A program made the translations under genes and the position numbers. From Octopus sinensis (Eukaryota): 64,000 nt of DNA. Positions 37,890 to 51,900 of this stretch are shown piece by piece (within the stretch, counting starts at the first letter, position 1; every line of letters begins with the position of its first letter). The stretch lies in contig NC_042998.1 of assembly GCF_006345805.1 (NCBI RefSeq), forward strand, positions 73,036,001 through 73,100,000. The letters run 5' to 3'. The notes under the pieces were generated by a model, which had not been told where the DNA came from, made no database searches, and worked only from the letters and a program-made list of their open reading frames with translations.

Positions 37890-39240
37890 AAATGTCATAC
37901 CCCAGAGTCCTTGCACACAGAGAAAAGACAATATGTGTACCACTAAGTGAAACACTCCTGACCCCAAACATATTGGATGCAGAAACACACGGGCCGGTTA
38001 AAGTTCTACACAGTGCTAAACGCAGGATACAGAAACAAGGGGAAGTTGTGCTCTTCGTGCGTGAAGATCTAGCAATCAATGTCCTCGTCTCCTACTCCAA
38101 CACAGATCACGATGTACTAAAAATGCATGTTATCGACCTTAATTTGATCATAGGTATTGCCTACTGCTCTCCTGATGTGGCTATTCACGGAGATCACTTC
38201 AACGATACTTTGTCTCTCATAATCACAATCCAATGTACTTTTAACAGACGAATCTAATTACGCTAATCCCAGCTGGCCTGGGGGTTATATCAAACCTGGA
38301 ACTAAACAACTAAACAAAAGAGATCTAAATACTTTTTTTCGAAAACTCCCTCATGATGCAAGTCATTACTTCAGTAATTAGGGGAAATACTATACTCGAC
38401 CTAGTCTTTACCACTGAAGCAGACTCTATTCACTGTTCAATCATTTGAACAGCTGTTTCTGACAACATCATTATACAATTATCTCTGCATGATTCAAAGA
38501 GGGAAACACACACAAATAATATCAAACATGTTTCACTGCCCATGAGCCTGAATTTGCCCTCACACACCAAAATGAGCCAAACCTCATTTATCAATGGGTA
38601 GACATGAAAATATGAAGTTTAATTTATCAAAATTTCAGACTCCGTATTACGGATGGAGTACAGACAGGTCACATTATTTGACAACAGATGATTCGATGAC
38701 GAATGTTGCTAATGACATACAGGACTTAGGAGTAATCATGCCAAATGATGTATCCTTCATTAGCCACATCACTAAACTGGCCTCTAAATACAGACATCTC
38801 ATAGGACGGACCCTACGACCTCCTTGGCAAGAGAACCGGTAGTTATGCTCACTTTATTGAAAACCTAAGTTCTGAGCATTCTGAGCAGATTAGATTGCTG
38901 CTCACATCTTTAGTCTCCAAATTCATACAAGAGATTGAAAGGTTACAAAAAATGATTACCAGTAAAATAACTGCGGTTATAAAGCCTACATTGCTGGAAA
39001 TGTCTGTAAGCTTTGCGTCTCTACTCCTTTGGACGCTGAAGAGACAGATATGCTATCATAAACGTGTGGAAAGTCCTGAGAGTACTGTTCCAGATTTCGA
39101 CACTAAACAAAATTTTAATGCATGAACTGGTAGATACCGTCAGCTTCCAAATATACCGTTTTCGAAATCACCAGAAAAATTACTCTATTGTACGAATCCG
39201 ATATTTAGAAGTCTTAATCCGTTCCATTGCTTACTTAAAG
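37890..39240 (+). mobile_element. CR1-type LINE, decayed (APE domain and 3' region; RT core deleted)
   Basis: LSETLLTPNILDAE, GEVVLFVR, IAYCSPD and RGNTILDLVFT, then MKFNLSKFQ, DLGVIM and WKVL. Confidence 0.75.
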
Positions 39241-40239
39241 AAATTAGAAATAGAATAGGGAACTCTACTGAAACATAAAAAATAAATAAATAAACTAACG
39301 ACGGTATGACACCAGCCAAGTATTCAATGATACACTCGGGGAAAATCAGCTCCTACCAGTTCAATTATTTCAGACATGAAGCAACAACAAAACAAGGAAA
39401 ATTAACTGAGGTAAAATAAAAGAATAACAGAATATGTAAACACCATAATTAACATATTTAGATATACAGAACCTTATGAGCCATACGAAGAGGTGCTACA
39501 TGAGAAGAATCCACCTAGGGTTACCAGCAAAATCATCTTCTTGTACAAATGACTGGGGAATGTAGTATCAATACAATGTTTGGAAAAGAAAACACCAGCA
39601 TAACATGGCTGACATTAGTTTGATAAAACATTCCCTCGATCAAGTCTAAAATATACTAAACAACAGTGCTATGATTAATTTGTAAGCGATGCAGATCAAG
39701 AAAATAAACTTGTGATTGTTTTGTAAATCTGCTGTGTGAAGTTTAAATACTGATATAAACATGGAACATGAAATAAGGAAATATCCCTGTAATCCCATAT
39801 GAAATATACAACTGATCCAATGTTTCCTTACGTAATCCTCTGTTTCATTAAGTTTCTAATGTCGGTAATTACGAAAAAGAAAACGGCTATTTCCTCAAAT
39901 ATCAAGCGTAGTATTACAGCTCCCTAATCATTTAAATACAACATTCATATTAATGTAGAGACACAATAATGTAAAGCGGTGAATATAGCTTTCTAGAATA
40001 GAATATATCGTTCTAAAACAATATTTAATTTCGTGTAATCCTATTGAGAGAATGTTAAATGTTTGTGGAAATTAATTAAGGAAAAGAAAACAGCTTAACT
40101 AAAATAAAGATTTGTTTTTCTCGTTTTAATCTATTTTCAAAAGATCCATTAATTGCTGGAATAAAACTGGAGTTCGAATACATAAAAAATAACTCAACTA
40201 AACAAAATTACACTGTTAAAATAGAGCATCTTTTATGGA

Positions 40240-40870
40240 CGTGATTGTGATACTGATGTTAGATAATGGGTATAGTAGGAAAAGCGCGATTGTTATGATA
40301 ATAGATGGCTGTTAGCGGATGGTGTAAAAAAGGACGGTGATGGTGAGGCATAACGGTGGGAAAGGTAACGATAATGGTGATGATGGTGAAGATGTTAGTG
40401 TGGACAGGAGATAAAAGAGAAGTCTGTAATGGTGGTTATTGAGTTGGAAGTATTGAAATTGCTGTTGTAGTATTAGTCGTGATAATACAGGTGGTAATGC
40501 TGAGTTGCGGGTGGTGTGGTATACTGAATGTGAAATGTGCTGCATTTATTTAGCCCCAACCAGGAGAGCTATCATCAGTCGTGCTCATCTCGGCTATATC
40601 TATGTGCCTGTACCTAGAACTCATGAGCCAACGCAAAGCTTTTAAAGCGATGACATGTGATTTGGTTAATAATTGTAGTAGATCCAGCGGGAACAATTCT
40701 TTCCGCCTCCGATCAATGAGGCTGTACTTAGTGAAGATGATGAGGAGGAAGGAAGGATACGTTGCTGTCGTTGTTGTTAGAGACGATGGTGGAGACAGCG
40801 GTAGTGAGGGTATTGGTGGTGGTTTCCATGGCAGTTGTAATGATGGTGTTGGTAATGACGAAAATTAACA
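40240..40870. repeat. degenerate GGT/GAT/GTT-rich low-complexity region
   Basis: Purine-rich trinucleotide-like tracts on either side of a ~170-bp ordinary segment. Confidence 0.6.
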
Positions 40871-41178
40871 CTAAAATTATATCATCGACGGAGAAGAGGA
40901 CCAAAATGAAGACTGAAGTGCCGCAGTTCCTGCTGGTGAGAATCATAGAATTTATAATGATTATTTACATATCGATATAATTTCCCACGTTGAGATTAGT
41001 CACATTTTAGAAGTGAATTGTGAATATCTTACAGAGTCAGTTTGAAATGAAATACAGCATCATTTCAAGTATAACGTAAACGTGTGTACAAGTACGTATG
41101 CTTCTATGTATAAAAGCGTTTATTCATTTGTCAAAATAAATAGTATATCCATATGCATACACACACACACATACACAC

Positions 41179-41242
<64 letters not shown>

Positions 41243-41284
41243 AGAGAGAGATGGAGAGAGAGAACGAGAGAGAGTGAAAGAGAA

Positions 41285-41515
41285 AAGCGCGGACGTGGAT
41301 CTGTAGTAAGTTTACTTCTTAACCACATGGCTCTGGTCGTCACACTGTGCGGCACCTTGGGTAAGTGCCTTTTCTTGTAGCCCCGGTGAGCTTACCATGG
41401 TCTTGTGCGTGGATTTGGTAAATGGAAACTGAAAGAAGCCTCTCCTCTATATGTTTGTGTGTCTGTCTTTGCGTTTCTGTATCCTCAACCCGCTTGACGG
41501 TCGTTGTTGGCTTTT
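41285..41515 (+). mobile_element. 5' half of SINE family B, diverged
   Basis: GGCACCTTGGGTAAGT...GGATTTGGTAAATGGAAACTGAAAGAAGCC matches the copy at 43077. Confidence 0.8.
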
Positions 41516-41516
41516 G

Positions 41517-41805
<289 letters not shown>

Positions 41806-43076
41806 GAATACCTTCACGCGCATGTGGAAACAGCAGGAATCAGAGCGATGGAGTGCATATTCATTCGGAACAAGTTACAGCAAGTTTCAGCGTGAATATT
41901 TTTATCGCTGTTCTATCTCCCCTATGGAGAAAAATATCATTGTGATTTCACGTAGATTTGTGTCGTTGCTCTGATGTTCTAACAACACGGGGAACCCTGA
42001 TGTGAAGAATCAAGTACTCTGGCATCAAACTGTACGTTTGTATACGAGCACGCGTTGAAATATACATTCATACATATTTAGGTGTATATATACATATATA
42101 CATATATATATATATTTATAATATATATATATATATGTATGTATGTATATATATGTGAGTGTGTATCTATGTACACAATTATGCATAACTGTCAGTGATT
42201 ACGTGTTTGTGCGTGTGTTTAAGTAAAAGAAATAGCAGAAATAGATATTTGATATATGCTCTGGACTACCAATCATAATCTCTGCAATATGATAATTTCA
42301 AGTGAAATTGAAAGACCTACACAAAAGATTGGTTCTGCAAATAGAAGATGTAAATTAATCCGCAAAATATATGTCCACACCCGGTCGCATATTCACGTAC
42401 AAGCAAAAATCAAATGCGTAATAATGAATTTTAATATATATGCATATGCATATACATGTGTGTGTGTGTGTGTGTGTTGTGTGTGTGTGTGTGTGTGTGT
42501 GTCTGGATATATGTAAATTTATATGAACTCCAGATATATTTGGAACGTCGTGGGCCAGGATGTCTTTCTAATACTCTGATTTTGCATATACAGCGCTAAT
42601 ATTTTTTAAATGCCTTTTACGTAAGCGTTATAACGCATTTTGTTTCACTTCTATTTGCACCCAGACCCTGCGTCTAGAAATTAATTCTTTAAGAGGACAT
42701 ATTTCTTTGACAGTGCAAAATATATGGTTTTAGCCATTATATAAATGCTCGTGGCTGGGGATTACGTCATGATAATACATGTGTTACCGGAAAATTATGA
42801 AAGGCAATTATAACATTTATCATCCTTTGCCATTTTTGAGTAAAACATCAGAACTTGTGATAATTTTGCAAATACTTTCTTGTATATGTATATCAAATAC
42901 TCAAAACACCTAATTTTTTGCGTATTATAGCCTCAGAGGTAAATACATATTTGTAAGGAAAAATCAGATGATGACCAACACACCCTTCTCATTGACAGGG
43001 GTTGCTTTCTATGTGCGTTTATGTATGTGAGCGTGTCTTCCCCATATTATATTCCACGTATGAATATATATATATA

Positions 43077-43470
43077 GGCGCAGAAGTGGTTGTGTGGTAA
43101 GTAGCTTGCTTACCATTCACATGGTTCCGAGTGCAGTCCCACTACGTCACCTTGGGCAAGTTTCTTCTACCATAGCCTCGGGCTGACCAAAGCCATATGA
43201 GGGGATTTGGTAGACGGAAACTGAAAGAAGCCCGTCGTACATTCATATATGTATATGTCTGTGTGTCTGTGTTTGCCCCCCCACCATCGCTTGAAAACCG
43301 ATGTTGGTTCGTTTACGTCAACGTAACTTAGCGTTTCGGCAAAAGATAGCGGGATAGAATAACTACAAGGTTTACAAAAAATAAGTCCTGGGGTCAACTG
43401 GTACGACTAAAGGCGGTGCTCCAGCATGACCACAGTCAGATGACTGAAACAAATAAAAGAATAAAAGAAT
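43077..43470 (+). mobile_element. full-length SINE family B
   Basis: tRNA-like head (GTGTGGTAAG...GGTTCCGAGTGCAGTCCC), CACCTTGGGCAAGT segment, internal microsatellite, and tail ending in AATAAAAGA repeats. Confidence 0.9.
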
Positions 43471-43471
43471 G

Positions 43472-43532
<61 letters not shown>

Positions 43533-44679
43533 TGACTTCAGTGTCTGGCACTTGAATGTTTGAATAAGTGCAGGATGTTTTAATAATTCATGCCAACCAT
43601 CATATTGCTGTAGATATTCTTGATCTAGTTCCATACTTAATCATTTAAATTCAGATAATCTTTTCACTAATCCTTATATTCTATTAGAAAAAAATACGTA
43701 TGTGACTTTATACGTATATCCATGAACGATAGAATACACGTTTGTATACGTACGCGCCCGCGCGTGTGTGTATGTGTGTATGTGTGTATGCGCGCGCGTG
43801 CGTTTGCATGTGTGCGTGTCTAAAGTTTTGTAGATGAGAAAGAAGTAGCATACCATATTCAAGAGCGAAATTAAAACATAATTTAATTGGGAGCTAAATT
43901 ATTGCTGTGTTTCTAGTTTCCGATATTCTGTCCTCGAGCAAAAGAGAAACAGGAATAAGGAAGAGTTGAAGCGAAAATTAATTGGGTGTCTGAACAAGGG
44001 TTCTTCTCTGGAAGATTATAGATGAATTACATTATTTGAACTATATATATATATAATGCCTCCCGTCCAATGGACGGTGCTGAGTTGTCAAACATTTAAA
44101 CCGAATTTTCTCAAAACAACTTGTCCGACCGTCCCATAGGCCTCCCCTTTGAGAAACGCTGATTTAACCTAAATTTGAGACACCAGCAAAAGAAGAAATA
44201 AAGATAAACATTTTTCTAATCCAAAGAAAAATTATTTTATTCACACAAATATGCAACCGAACAGTTTAAAGCACCAGTAATAATAAGGCTGTTGACTACG
44301 AGAACACAAACATGGTTTAAACAGTAAGCTTGGCAGGAAATAAACGTGCCTTTAAGAAGTACAAAAACAACATAAAATAGAAGGTGCAGTTATGTACAGG
44401 TTGACGGAAGAAAAGCAGGACAAAGACGATGCATGCAAATGGGTTAGCTGGAGGTAAATTTAGATGGAAAAGCATGATGAATTTATGAAAACGTAGCTTA
44501 TCCAATAAAACATGTAGCAAATCAACTTGGGGCGATTTTTGATGAAAACCAACAACCTAGGGAACTAAGTAACTGATTTTAAGCTAAGATACTTTACGGG
44601 ATGTTCAAGGGTATGGGAAATCTAGTGGAGCACGTACTTGCGCGTACAAATGCACATTCTCACGGGTTTATAGATCACA

Positions 44680-44830
44680 TTCTCACCTACAATCGATTTT
44701 TGTATTTTTTTAAAGATTTATACACACCCTGATACCGTAGGTATCTACATATCGAATTTGTGCGCAGTCGGATGGAGGATGCCCGAGATCCTAGAACACA
44801 CACACAGACAGACAGAACGGATTTTATATA

Positions 44831-44835
<5 letters not shown>
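44680..44835 (+). mobile_element. possible Helitron/Helentron-like non-autonomous element end
   Basis: ...AATTTG...TCGGATG..GGATG.CCGAGATCC followed by (AC)n(ACAG)n and TTTTATATA, a layout I recall from DINE/Lep1-like elements. Single copy in this window. Confidence 0.35.
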
Positions 44836-44913
<78 letters not shown>

Positions 44914-45235
44914 TAATTAAATATAATTTATTTAATCAGTCGAACACATTTGTATAATTTTACCTAAATCCTCTAAGAGGGTAAAAAGACAGACAATACC
45001 CATGCTGTATACATTTCTTTATGCAGCTGAGGGCAGCTCTGCATTTAAATTGATGTAATGATTGCATTATTCAATTAAATGGAGTCGCTTGAAACGATCG
45101 TACTGCATCACCAGTAGATATCCTGTTATTTGTTTGAACTTAATTCACCTTTTTTGAAACTGTACGGATAATTCCGCACTAAATTTTGGTGCCGCAACTC
45201 AAGTACTTAATTTATCTGAATCTCAATTATTTTGC

Positions 45236-45278
<43 letters not shown>

Positions 45279-45416
45279 AATGAATAATAACAGACGATGT
45301 TAATTACAGGTGTTTCTTGCTGATTTTTAATAGAAGAATGCGAGCATAACTTCGTTGCAATTTTAAAAACAAAAAAAAGAATATCCCAAGAATACAGCAG
45401 TCGGGGCTCGAGTCTG

Positions 45417-45451
<35 letters not shown>

Positions 45452-46356
45452 TCACTAAATCATAAATCTGATAAAGAAGGATACTAAGTTATGGAGAAGT
45501 AGAGTATATAGGTAATGATAGATACACCCATATCTATTTTCATCTATCTATCTATTTCCGTGTGTGCAGAGGTGTGTAGGTGTATGCGCGTGAAGATATG
45601 TGAATGGATAAATATTTTAAGCACTTTGATTCGGTTGCATGCGACTTGCAGTCTTCTAGCCTGGTTACTTCAGGCTCAGATTACTATATCTAATAGAGAA
45701 ATACATGTATATGCGTGCGTTTGTGTGTGTTTATGTATGTTTGTGAGTTTTTCTGTGTGTCTGTGTGTGTGTCTGTGTGATGGGGTGATATCAGAGATGG
45801 TTTGAGAAAGTAGACGAGTTGCTTTTACTAGGCTGGTTAATTGGTTTAGTGAACAAAAAGGAGCGATTTTCTTGATTAATAGACAAAAGGATTTGAGTCT
45901 GTTCACGTGGACAAGTAGACAAACGTGTCGTTATGATCAAATATGGTGGATATTCAGTTCTGGAATTCACGTAGCAACTGTGGCACTTGGATTTAACAGG
46001 ATGAGTGGTTTGTTATTCCTTTTCGCTATGCTGCAATGCTTTGATCTATTCTGATATGAATTTCTTTCCAGCAACCTCAAAGCAATGTTGCTGACACTTA
46101 TTTGCCAGATAAAGCTGATAACATGGTGTTATTTCCCCAATCTTCCTGAATTCCGAATAATGATTCTAAAATATTGTCTTGAAGTCTAGTCCATGCTGAC
46201 AATTTGGGTTAGCCTGTTTGGGATGAATTCGTCTTGCGCATACTCCTCACTAGGCGTTCCATACGCGATTTCAAGGACAACGTTTTTGTATTTCCATATG
46301 TAAAGTTTGGAGTAGTCCGTTTGGTGGATCTACGTGACATTATTTTCTTAATATTG

Positions 46357-46535
46357 AAGGCTGCGTGCTGGCAGAATCGTTAACACGCCGGGAAAAATTT
46401 CGTCCATTTCTCCGAGGTTGACTTTGCTTTTCATCCTTTTAGGATCGATGAAATAAGTACCAATTGAGCGCAGAATTCAATATAATTGATTTACCCACCC
46501 CTAAAACTGCTGACTTTCTGCCAAAGTTTGAAACT
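46357..46535 (+). mobile_element. SINE family A monomer, internally deleted
   Basis: Head GCTGGCAGAATCGTTAACACGCCGGG, core CCGAGGTTGACTTTGCTTTTCATCC, and an imperfect TSD ATT(A/G)TTTTCTT(A/T)AT. Confidence 0.8.
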
Positions 46536-46831
46536 ATTGTTTTCTTTATGCTGGGTACGCAATTATAGCTTGTCTTAACAGATCACCTATTCACAACTTT
46601 TTCTTTATCTATAGCTCCCGTGGTCTAATTCGTGAGAAAGGTTTGGCTTGCCCCTGCTCTTCTTCTTGATCTGTTCGATTTCTTTAGAAACGAAGAGTCC
46701 AGGTATACTCGCACAAATATTAGTTCAGATAGTTTTAAACATTCGTAGAGATGCTGGTTCAGAATCGGAGGAATTGCTTAATAATTCATTTAACATTCTC
46801 ATTTGGCTTAGAAAATGGTTTCGATTCTAGG

Positions 46832-46879
46832 TCGAGGCAAGTATGTAGGAAGCCGAAAATGTTTATATTAATAGTGACT
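46832..46879. repeat. 48-bp dispersed direct repeat, copy 1 (copy 2 at 48909-48956)
   Basis: 44/48 identical by eye. Confidence 0.85.
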
Positions 46880-47505
46880 GTAATTTTCAGTGACTGTATT
46901 AAGCATCTTTACTGTTTGCCAATAAACCTGCTAAAAGTACATGCATAATGCACCCATTGACACTTTTATAACGTCATAAAAACTAGTAAAGCGAGAGAGT
47001 ACCTACACACGGGACATTTCTCCAAAGACACAACCAGTAGATAATTTTATACTTCAAAATTCCGAGCACAGTTAACATATTCCACAACATGTACATTAAA
47101 TACAACAAAATACATTTGCAAAAACAAATTACATTTTTTTCTGCTATTTACAATATTTTTGACATGTTAAAATTTCTTTAAACTATTTAAATTGACAAGG
47201 CTCCAAGGGGAAGGGAAAGTTTTATATAAACTTTAAATTCTGCTGATTTACGTCTATTCAAAGCAAAATAAGTTTTAACCTTAAGTAGCTTTCTTTTCTT
47301 ATAGCCTTGAAAAATGATGGTTAGGGGAATGGCAATAGTTTGAGCCGTGCTTAACCGGCTTCTTTCACGTTCCATGTAACTCCGAGTACTGTGTCTCATG
47401 TAAGATGAACCACCATATACATATATATGTGCGTGTGTATTATATATACATGTATATATACATGTATATTCTATATATATATATGTATATATATGTATAT
47501 ACATA

Positions 47506-47536
<31 letters not shown>

Positions 47537-48290
47537 GTATTTACATTGTATATATAGTTATGCATTTATGCATTTCGTGCTAGAAATGAAAGCATGAAAT
47601 GTTCATTACCTCGAGTTCACCATCTCCCTTGTCTTGTTCGATTTGCAAGTCATTTTGTGTTTGTCGTGTCGCATAGACCACTTGTTCATAGTCATGGGAA
47701 GTAGCACCCACCCTTAGTTAAACAACGTTGTTAGTTTTTCTCTTCAATACATTAAAAAATTATATACAATGTGTGCGCGTGTACGTATACACACATATGA
47801 ACGTATACCTACCCGACACATGTATGTATGTTTGTTTGTGCTGGTGTGTATATGAATCTGAGCATGTAGGCCTATGATAATGCTTAAATCATTGTGCGGT
47901 GTATCTCAAAGTGAATACAATATAAAATATGAAATTGCTTATCTATAGTTGCTTCGCGATGTATTTAGGTATGTATGTATGTATATATATACTGTATGTA
48001 TGTATATACTGTGTGTTCTCTCATGCCACCACACAAGAAGGCTAAAAAGCAAAGTTTGTGGTTAGTACTCCGTTGTGCATTGAACGACTATATCTTTCTG
48101 AAGTATAAATTTAATTATCATTTAGAAAGACAAGCTAATATACAGCATTTTCTCTTCTTTGCCTTTGTACATACACCTATTTCACTGTGTTTACTCACAT
48201 TTCTATTCGTTACAACGGGAAAAAGTGTATTTTCACCACTGTCTTGAAGATGCATAAAGAAATATATCAGAATTATTTTCGTTTTCCTAT

Positions 48291-48321
<31 letters not shown>

Positions 48322-48322
48322 C

Positions 48323-48407
<85 letters not shown>

Positions 48408-48974
48408 GAGTTGTTACCAACTTAACTGTCTCCGGGAACAATTCCCTAACATCTCCGGCGGTTTATGTAGAGTCAATACTGTTCGCAATCGAAAATTCTA
48501 GTAACCGGAAAATAAAACAGACTAGAAGATTAAGATGTCTTCTTTAAATATATCGGCCTTAGCATCTCCATATATATATATATATAAACAACTTATAAAC
48601 AAGGGCAAAAGAAAAAATTATAATGCCAAATATGCCGAAAATAGACAAATCGTCAATAATCGTCAATATAATTTATCACTATATGCACGCATCTCGAAGT
48701 AAGCCGACAGAAATTTCTAAAAAATTCCGTTATTATCTTATCGGTCCCAATTTCAGAGTTAATTCATAAGAATTTTCTCTTCGTGAGCGATAAATACGGT
48801 AAGAAATAGATGAAATACTCACGTATACCCATGGAAGAAGCAAACACTAAGTTGTGAGCACACTTAAGTACCCCAAATACATCCAAAATAGAAATTCTCC
48901 AGCACACTTCGAGACAAGCATGTAGGAAGCCGAAAATGTTTAGATTAGTAGTGACTTTAGAATGTTTAGATTAG

Positions 48975-49345
48975 CGTAGAAACCGTTCTGCATGCCCTTG
49001 TACTGTGTCCGGAGCTTTCAGGCTCGATAATTTACGTAGAACATGTGCTGTCGCATCTAGGAAGAGTACAGCTGTCTGCTGAGTCCATGATCGAGATAGT
49101 ATTGCCACCCGGACAATCAATTCAAGGTGAGGCATGTTTTTATGCACAGTCGCAGTATTGAAAGAGTGTATATGGAAAACTAGAATGAAAGAGTCGTCAC
49201 TGGAATTTTCATCTCCGGTCCTGGTTTGCTATATTATTTCAGGTATCATCTGAAGAGCAAGATAGGGCTGGAGAGGAGACATCTGTCGCAAAGTATATTC
49301 GGGAAAAGATAGAAGGATGTAGCAAGTAAGTTGGGTATGAATGAC
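48975..49345 (+). mobile_element. Tx1/L1-clade LINE C-terminal fragment
   Basis: ETVLHALVLCP, VAVLKECIWKTRMK and FRYHLKSKIGLER, homologous to ORF 60132-60449. Confidence 0.8.
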
Positions 49346-49569
49346 CCTACTTAATCCCATCCATGGTAGAAAAGTACGGTGTAGCTGTTGGGTTTCATGA
49401 GCAAGGGTAAACTTGTAAAACTTGTAAATTTTACAACTATAACCATCATCATATTTTTAAAACCACTTTAAAAAGAACTCATAAACGCAACATTTGTTTG
49501 TAACGTCCTGTGTTGTCCCATGTATGTATGATACATAATTATCGTAATAAAAAATCATCTCTTAGATTC

Positions 49570-49616
49570 ATCTCATCGACGAGAGTCAATAAACTCGAAA
49601 CATCGGTGTCTGAGAT
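49570..49616 (+). ncRNA. type I minimal hammerhead ribozyme-like motif, variant core
   Basis: Stem I ATCTCA/TGAGAT, core TCGACGA, stem II GAGT-caataa-ACTC, GAAA, stem III ACA-tcgg-TGT, and cleavage triplet GTC. Confidence 0.75.
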
Positions 49617-49775
49617 TCCTGAGAGAGAGAGAGAGGGAGAGAGAGAGGGACAATGAACGAAGGGGGTGCTTTCACACCTTTTTACCATAAAAGAGATTTT
49701 TCTGCACGTAACTGCAGTGTATTTGCCTTTAGCAGTTGAAATATATGACAGACATATATATATATATATATATAT

Positions 49776-49954
49776 CGATTTTGTTCCTCTGTCTTCCCTT
49801 CTCTGGATCTCTCCTTCTCCTATGTTTCCGACGAAGAGCTCCGCTCGAAACGTTAGATCCTCCTTATTTCCTTCTTTCCTAAGCGTCCAATAATACTATA
49901 TTTGTTCCACGTCTTCGCGTTGATGTGTTTTTGTGCTTTCTTGTTTGGATTAAC
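49776..49954 (+). mobile_element. ~180-bp insert in (TA)n carrying a second hammerhead-like motif (probable solo Penelope-like pLTR)
   Basis: CCGACGA-A-GAGC-tcc-GCTC-GAAA-CGTT at 49828-49854, with palindromic (A)ACGT(T) helix III. Flanked on both sides by (TA)n. Confidence 0.6.
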
Positions 49955-49956
49955 TA

Positions 49957-50052
<96 letters not shown>

Positions 50053-51259
50053 TTATAAGATTCTTATGCCATATGGGCAGTGTCATAAACTGAGACTCCC
50101 AGATATGTTTTATAAAGTAATGTGCAACATGGTCTCATCGTACGAATCTAATAATAGCACATAAAAACATATTGTGTTTATTAAATAATTATACACATAT
50201 ATAATTGTTTGTCTTTCTCAATGTATTCGTTGTGTACATCAGATCACTTGTATAAATATTATCCAGTACCTCATTTGAATACTCATATAAAAATATCTAG
50301 ATTGATTAAACTCCATCTCTTATTTCAGTTACATCTCTATCTAAATATAACTGAACTTGTGAATAAAGCTTATTGAAAATTGTAATGCATTCACACAGAG
50401 AGAATCAAAAACACTTCCAGTTTTTAATCTTATATCTGTCAAATAAATCTTCATAAATACTTGTCGTGAACAGCTGTTGAAGCCATATAACATTTCTGAA
50501 GATTGCCGGATTAAAATTGGGTTCCAAGTAGTGTGAGAGAATAGAAAAAGTTCATAGGAGTCATATTAAAGAAATCTTCTGTGAGCATGATGTAAGAATT
50601 TTCAATAATCAAACACAATAATTAAATTGAAGGAAGTATTGCAACCGACATATGAGCAAATACTCTATCATTAATGCGGCAACCAGAGAATAAATGCCAT
50701 ATATAATCTGAAAAGAAAAAAAGAAATCTCCTATTTGTTGCACACTGATCTAAGATCAAGTAAAGTGTACATGTATATGTTCTTAAATTAACTGAACGAA
50801 AATTAAACGATGCAGTCTAAAAAAAGAAAACACATCGACTGGGGCATGCTTTGATCACGATAACTACCGTTGTCTAGGAGAAACTGTGATGTCTATATTA
50901 CATAAACATACGTATTTCCTAAGTCAGTGGCATTAACAGAAGAGCTTTTTTAAAATCCCACCCTGGTTGAATCACCACCAATGCTCTCCATTTACTTCCA
51001 TCAACCATATTATTTTGAACGATTGAATAAGCTTATGTATTTTTTGGTTCGATAAGGGTTAGCTTTGTTAAATTCGGTCAGACGTTTAAAGAACATATTA
51101 GGAGCTCTATATGCAGTCTTAGATATATAAATGTAATTTAAATTCTATTTTTCGAAAATGAATTACACATCTAATTTTACTTTTAAGATGTAGTTTATAT
51201 ATCATCAGTTGAGCTACGAACGTGATCCTTAGCTAGGTTGAGTATTAGAATCACTTAGC

Positions 51260-51900
51260 TTTTGGTCAGGGAACCAAGAAACAGGTGTTGCTGTCCGAGA
51301 ATTCCTGATTCATGAAAGTAAATAAAATATGCAGCGATAAAATCCTACACGCTTGGGTAAATACAATCGCTCTCTGGATACAGGGAAATTTAATAATAAT
51401 CACTAAAATCGTAGTGAATTGAAGGGTGCAGCAAATTAGTTGTTCAATAAACGTAATTTCGGTGAACATATTTTAATTGCACTGCATTACCCGTCTATTT
51501 CATTCTCTTCAAGTCAGTTATGTATACGTGTGCGGTTGTTAGGAGTGGAGATTTCAAGTTGATGTCCATATCCTGAGGATTTTAATGACTATGGAGTGGA
51601 TTTCTGGTACAGAATAGTGAAGTGCCACAAATGATGGAATCGGCGTTGCGACTGCAAATGTATTGTGGCATATTGTCTTGTTGTAAGAGGAGAGTTCCGA
51701 CTGCTATATGTTTCTAAGTTTGGTATAATATTCTTGGGTCACTAAGTTTTTATTAAGAGTACCTGCGTGTATATTTTCACCAATGAATAATACTTGTAGC
51801 CTACTTCGTGTGTGACAGGAGAAATCATGATTTCGATGCACAAGTATTTGGTCTAGGGTTTGATTTTCCTCGTTCAATAATCAAATATGAACATTTCCTT
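51260..51900 (-). mobile_element. possible decayed Penelope-like RT fragment
   Basis: Remnants resembling MG..SP.L..VYI.DLE and H..LQFT.....IKF.. (cf. HP.IKFT..E....L.FLD). Confidence 0.35.

Noticed and set aside
43077-43150. SINE heads (A and B) as tRNA genes
   Set aside because: They have A/B-box-like motifs but no complete cloverleaf, and they are fused to repeat bodies and tails.
45990-46830. Possible decayed minus-strand ORF (LINE ORF1 or host exon) interrupted by a SINE
   Set aside because: Multiple stops and no motif I can recognise.
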